Below are positions 60,312-64,000 of a stretch of DNA of 64,000 nt, piece by piece. How positions within the stretch are numbered: the first letter of the stretch is position 1; each line of letters opens with the position of its first letter. The position numbers and the translations under genes are program-made. The notes beneath the pieces were generated by a model that saw nothing but the letters and a program-made list of their open reading frames with translations, made no database searches and was not told where the DNA came from. Source of the DNA: Hyphococcus sp. GTDB taxonomy: Bacteria > Pseudomonadota > Alphaproteobacteria > Caulobacterales > Parvularculaceae. The stretch lies in contig CBDEVX010000016.1 in the NCBI GenBank assembly GCA_965243785.1, forward strand, positions 106,351-170,350. Direction: 5' to 3'.

Positions 60312-60835
60312 GACATTTTTTCCTTTCTTTCAGAAATCGGATTATTCAGCCGCAGATGCTCGTCAAAAAACATACAGGCGCGCCCGGCGATGGCGCCGTC
60401 GTCTGCTTTTTTTACCTTGGCGATCAGACTTGCGACGGTCACCTTGCGTAACGCCTCTCGATAGGCGTTCTCCGCGTTCAGCATTGCGCTGTTGATCTGA
60501 CACGGAGCCTTAAAGTATCTCGCGGGAAGGGGGTTTGGGCCGTTCTGCCGTATTTCTTTGCATCTAAACGCCGGTTCGCGCCCCTCAACCGCAAGCACGA
60601 CATCAAGCAAGGTTATTGCGGCCGGCGATTTAGCGATACGGTATCCGCCGTTCGGACCTGGCTCCGTTTTGACAATGCCGGCCCGCGACAACGCCTGCAA
60701 ATGTTTCAAAAGATAGCTTGTCGAGACGCCGTAAAACTCGGCGAGCGCCGCTGCAGACAACAACCCGTCGTCCGGCAATGACGACAGCAGCGTTACGCAA
60801 TGTATCGCCTGCTCAACGCCGTCGCCCAGTTTCAT
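60308..60835 (-). CDS. Rrf2-family regulator, RsrR-like
   Basis: MKLGDGVEQAIHC, SYLLKHLQAL.RAG, GPNGGY, ITLLDVV.AVEG, AFRCKEIRQ and APC. Start is ATG 60835. Confidence 0.9.
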   Translation of the reverse strand: MKLGDGVEQAIHCVTLLSSLPDDGLLSAAALAEFYGVSTSYLLKHLQALSRAGIVKTEPGPNGGYRIAKSPAAITLLDVVLAVEGREPAFRCKEIRQNGPNPLPARYFKAPCQINSAMLNAENAYREALRKVTVASLIAKVKKADDGAIAGRACMFFDEHLRLNNPISERKEKMS

Positions 60836-60848
60836 ATCCGATCCCTTG

Positions 60849-60883
60849 TCACAATCATAGATAATATTTATCCATGATTGTGA
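60849..60883. promoter_or_regulatory. Long palindrome upstream of the Rrf2 gene, candidate autoregulatory operator
   Basis: TCACAATCATAGATA-ATATT-TATCCATGATTGTGA, with one mismatch in the arms. Confidence 0.7.
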
Positions 60884-60990
60884 TGTCAATCAAGACACAG
60901 CGGCTGTATGCGAAAAATGACTGTGCATGAGCGAAACCGCTCAACCGTAACCGTCGGCGTTGCGTACGGTTACAGACGTTGTCGGTTTAT

Positions 60991-63387
60991 TTAGGCGAAA
61001 TACCCGACCGTTGCGCCGATCAGGAGATATACCCGACCGAGCGGAGAGGAGAGATACTCCTCCAACTCTTCGTCAGCCGTTTCTGACGTCGTTGCGTCCT
61101 CCAGCAGTTTTTCAAAACTCTGCAGGAAATCCTGCACATTGCGTTCAAAGTCGCGGTCGCGTGCGGACTCGCTGCGGATGCGCCGTTTGACGTCGGCTTC
61201 GTTTAAGCGCAGCAGCCGATTGGCGAAGACATTACGATCGCCGCGTTCGTAGCGTTCCTGCAGCGCCGGCGGCGGGTCGCCGTAAAGCCGCGTTTCAAGA
61301 TCGTAGGTAAACGCCTGCAGGTTGGCGATAATGCGGATTGCGTCGTCTGCCGCGTCGTTCTTCGGCGCCGATTTTTTCGTCGTCGGCTTGTTGAGTTCCA
61401 GCGGTTCGGCGTCGTCCGCCGCGTCGAGGATTTCCCGCCAGGAAACATCCCGGCGCGACTTCGCTTCGCTCTCGGCCTTGGCGTGCGCCGCGGCGCCGAT
61501 GCGTTCCGGCGTTGATTTGCGGGCGCCGCCCTTCCGTTTGCGTGGCCGGCGCTCGGCAATATCGCGTGCGAGTTCGTCAAGGCGCGCCGCGCCGGCGCCG
61601 TTGGCGGGCGTCTCTGCGTTCGCAGGGCGCGCCGGCTTGGCGTCGCGATCCTGCGCTTTTTGCTCACGCGCCTTTTGCGCCTGCTTTGCTTCTTCTTCGG
61701 CGGCTGCCTTGCGAGCGCGGTCAGCCTCTGCTGCGGCGCGCGCCTGTGCTTCGTTATGGGCTTCGGCAAGGCGCGCAGCGGTTTCCTGCTCGCGTAGTTG
61801 GGCTTCGGCGAGCTTCGTCAGACGGTCGGTCTGAGAGGCGATGGCGTCGGCCAGGCGGTCCGCGCGTTGGCGCTGCTCATCGATCAGGTTTTCCAACCGG
61901 TGGTTTTCTTTTTCCAGCGCCGCGCGGGCGTCGGCGAGGGCTTTGTTGCGTTCTGTAATTTTGTCGGCGGCGGTTTGCGAATGGGTGAGCGCCTCTTCCG
62001 AATGCCGGCGCGCGGCCTCGCTGGCCGCCGCGACATCTTGCGACGCCTTTTGCGCCACGTCAGCGGCCTGTCTCGCCGCGTCGGAAACATCCGCCGCGGC
62101 CTTTGCCGCCTTTTCCGCATCGGCGCTCGCCGCTTTGACAGCTTCCCCGGTCTTGGCCGACATCTCGCTCACCGCCTCTGTCGCGGCCTCTTTGACGCGT
62201 GAGGCTTGCTCCGTCGCGGCGTTGATCGCTGAATCAGCAATCCGTTCGGCGTCTTTCATGGCGGCTTCAATAGCGTCGTCTGCGGCCTTGCGGCTGTTGT
62301 CGAATGCGCGTTGGGCCGAGGCCGCGACATTTGCGGCGTTGAGGGCGGCCGATTCAGCTGCGGCGTCTGCAGCGGCGTTGGCGCGTTTGGTTGCGGTTTC
62401 AGTCTGCCGCGCGGCTTCGTCAATTGTTGAAACGGAGCTGGTGAAATTCGTTGATGATTCCTGCAATGCGGAGCGCAGGGACTCAAAACTGGAGACGGCG
62501 CGCCCGGCGGCCGCTTCAAGATTGCCGAGCCGCTCCTGAAAATCGCGCTCAGCGAGACTTGAGATATTGTCCGCCGATTGCAGGGATTCGATCGACGCCT
62601 TTGCGCGCTCCGCAATTGCGGACGCAAACGAATCTGCGTGAGTGTTAAGGCTTTCAGTCAATTCCATCAGGCGCGAGCGTTCGTCCGCAACGCGGGTCAC
62701 GGCGCCGGTCGCTTTCTGCTCAATCGCCTCGCCGGCGATTTCGATCGCCTCCACATGCTGCCGGATCATGGCTTCAACCGAAGCAAGCCGCGTCAGCGCC
62801 CCGTCGAGGCCTTCATTGAGGGCCACCATATGACTGCGCACGACCTCGCCGACCGCATCGGCGTTATGGGCGGCGGTGACGTCCGGCGTTACATATTGCT
62901 GCGCGGCGACGGCGATCGATTCGGCCGCATTCATCATCGTCGCCATGCGGGAGAACCAGTACCCCGCGAGCAGGACGATCGCCGGCAACACGAATGCAAA
63001 CAAGATGGTTTCGGTGCCGTAGGCCACGAGCGGGTTCCAGCCGTCGGCCGAGCCGTAAATCTGCTGGTGGGCCAGATAATTCCCCAATGGCGGTCCGACG
63101 ACGAAAGAGAAAAAGACAAACAACGCCACGAGTTGGCTCGCCAGCCAGACCTGCCGGCTCATGGCGGTCCAGCGGCGTGCGTCGCGATCGATCGTCAAGA
63201 CGCCGTATTCGTCCTGCAGATGATCCGACTCGACGATGCCCTTGAAGCGGACGCGGCTCGGCTGGTCGGCGTTGTCCGCGGCGACGGCGTTTCCAGCGCC
63301 TGCGTCAATATTCTCGGGCGTTTCGGTCAAAACCCTCTCCGGCCGCCAAAAAAACACCCGCATAGCGGATTTTCGATAGTCCGCCAA
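60991..63387 (-). CDS. TipN-like polar landmark protein (two TM helices, long Ala-rich coiled coil, conserved C-terminal domain)
   Basis: Two hydrophobic segments near the N-terminus, extended heptad-like repeats, and C-terminal RYERGDRNVFANRLL...FEKLL...GRVYLLIG similar to TipN-family C-termini. Confidence 0.6.
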   Translation of the reverse strand: MADYRKSAMRVFFWRPERVLTETPENIDAGAGNAVAADNADQPSRVRFKGIVESDHLQDEYGVLTIDRDARRWTAMSRQVWLASQLVALFVFFSFVVGPPLGNYLAHQQIYGSADGWNPLVAYGTETILFAFVLPAIVLLAGYWFSRMATMMNAAESIAVAAQQYVTPDVTAAHNADAVGEVVRSHMVALNEGLDGALTRLASVEAMIRQHVEAIEIAGEAIEQKATGAVTRVADERSRLMELTESLNTHADSFASAIAERAKASIESLQSADNISSLAERDFQERLGNLEAAAGRAVSSFESLRSALQESSTNFTSSVSTIDEAARQTETATKRANAAADAAAESAALNAANVAASAQRAFDNSRKAADDAIEAAMKDAERIADSAINAATEQASRVKEAATEAVSEMSAKTGEAVKAASADAEKAAKAAADVSDAARQAADVAQKASQDVAAASEAARRHSEEALTHSQTAADKITERNKALADARAALEKENHRLENLIDEQRQRADRLADAIASQTDRLTKLAEAQLREQETAARLAEAHNEAQARAAAEADRARKAAAEEEAKQAQKAREQKAQDRDAKPARPANAETPANGAGAARLDELARDIAERRPRKRKGGARKSTPERIGAAAHAKAESEAKSRRDVSWREILDAADDAEPLELNKPTTKKSAPKNDAADDAIRIIANLQAFTYDLETRLYGDPPPALQERYERGDRNVFANRLLRLNEADVKRRIRSESARDRDFERNVQDFLQSFEKLLEDATTSETADEELEEYLSSPLGRVYLLIGATVGYFA

Positions 63388-63467
63388 TCGCCCTGCCTTG
63401 TTCGCGCCAAAAAGAATCTGCGTATTTCATAGGACTAGCCGATCCTGAAACCGGGCTTGCCGACCTC

Positions 63468-64000
63468 ATGAGCACCCTGCAGCAGCGCACTCAAAAGCTC
63501 GTCGAAAGCGCGGTTTTCCAGACCGCGATCCTTGCCTTGATCATCTTGAACGCTGTTATTCTGGGCGCGGAGACTTTCCCGGGCGTCGTCGATGCGACGG
63601 GCCCGGTGCTGCGTGTTGCTGATCGCCTGATCCTGGTCATTTTCATTTTCGAGATCTGTCTCAGAATTTTCGCCTGGCGCGGGGCTTATTTCCGGCAGGG
63701 CTGGAATGTTTTCGATATTGTAATCGTCGCCATATCGGTAATCGCCGCGACGAGCGGCCTGGCGGCGCTCAGGGCCTTCCGGGTCTTGCGGGTCCTGCGC
63801 GTCATCACCGTCATTCCGAGGATGCGAGTCGTTGTCTCGGCGCTCCTCGATTCCCTGCCGGGGATCGCATCGGTGGGCGTCGTCCTGACGCTCATCATTT
63901 ATGTCTTCGCCGTCATCGCCTCCAATCTCTATGGCGGCGACCATCCCGACCGCTTCGGTGATGTCTTCGCCTCCATGTACACGCTCTTTCAGATTATGAC
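63468..64000 (+). CDS. Bacterial voltage-gated ion channel (NaChBac/BacNav-like), 3' end outside the window
   Basis: Not in the ORF track; translated by hand: ...IILNAVILGAET...WNVFDIVIV...LRAFRVLRVLRVITVIPRMR...FGDVFASMYTLFQIM. Shows S4 arginine repeats and the pore helix. Confidence 0.92.
   Translation, partial: MSTLQQRTQKLVESAVFQTAILALIILNAVILGAETFPGVVDATGPVLRVADRLILVIFIFEICLRIFAWRGAYFRQGWNVFDIVIVAISVIAATSGLAALRAFRVLRVLRVITVIPRMRVVVSALLDSLPGIASVGVVLTLIIYVFAVIASNLYGGDHPDRFGDVFASMYTLFQIM

Noticed and set aside
61700-62500. Repetitive GCC/GCG-rich DNA as a repeat element
   Set aside because: Explained by the Ala-rich coiled coil of the TipN-like protein.

Overview
GC-rich alphaproteobacterial chromosomal segment. 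fzlA, a tipN-like gene, sspB and a two-piece tmRNA suggest a Caulobacterales/Parvularculales-like organism; this taxon is inferred. Most of the window is housekeeping: queG-fzlA, cysQ, polysaccharide precursor genes (WcaJ-type priming transferase, ugd, epimerase), yajC-secD-secF, fumC-sspB-ssrA, thyA-GNAT-folA, mrp, hflK-hflC-degP, serB/miaA, mreB-mreC-mreD-mrdA-rodA, pip, an MlaE/F/D-PqiC-like ABC operon, and a partial voltage-gated channel at the right edge. I saw no transposase, integrase, phage gene, rRNA, tRNA or CRISPR array. The most unusual items are: (1) an intact, full-length GlnE homologue that has lost both nucleotidyltransferase DxD motifs; (2) an intact CHASE2-class III cyclase whose catalytic residues are all replaced; (3) a two-gene cassette encoding a membrane-anchored ribbon-helix-helix protein and an exported HExxH protein, preceded by three ATGACG boxes spaced 11 bp apart and bracketed by an identical 11-bp direct repeat; (4) a 110-bp remnant of an Fe/Mn superoxide dismutase gene, not in the ORF track, with only its two ends left; (5) a Cys-rich TonB-dependent receptor divergent from two tandem paralogous exported proteins; (6) an RsrR-like Rrf2 regulator with an 11-3-11 palindrome but apparently lacking the RsrR switch residues; (7) an HflC with a Cys-flanked insertion. 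All family assignments come from motif recognition by eye, not database searches.
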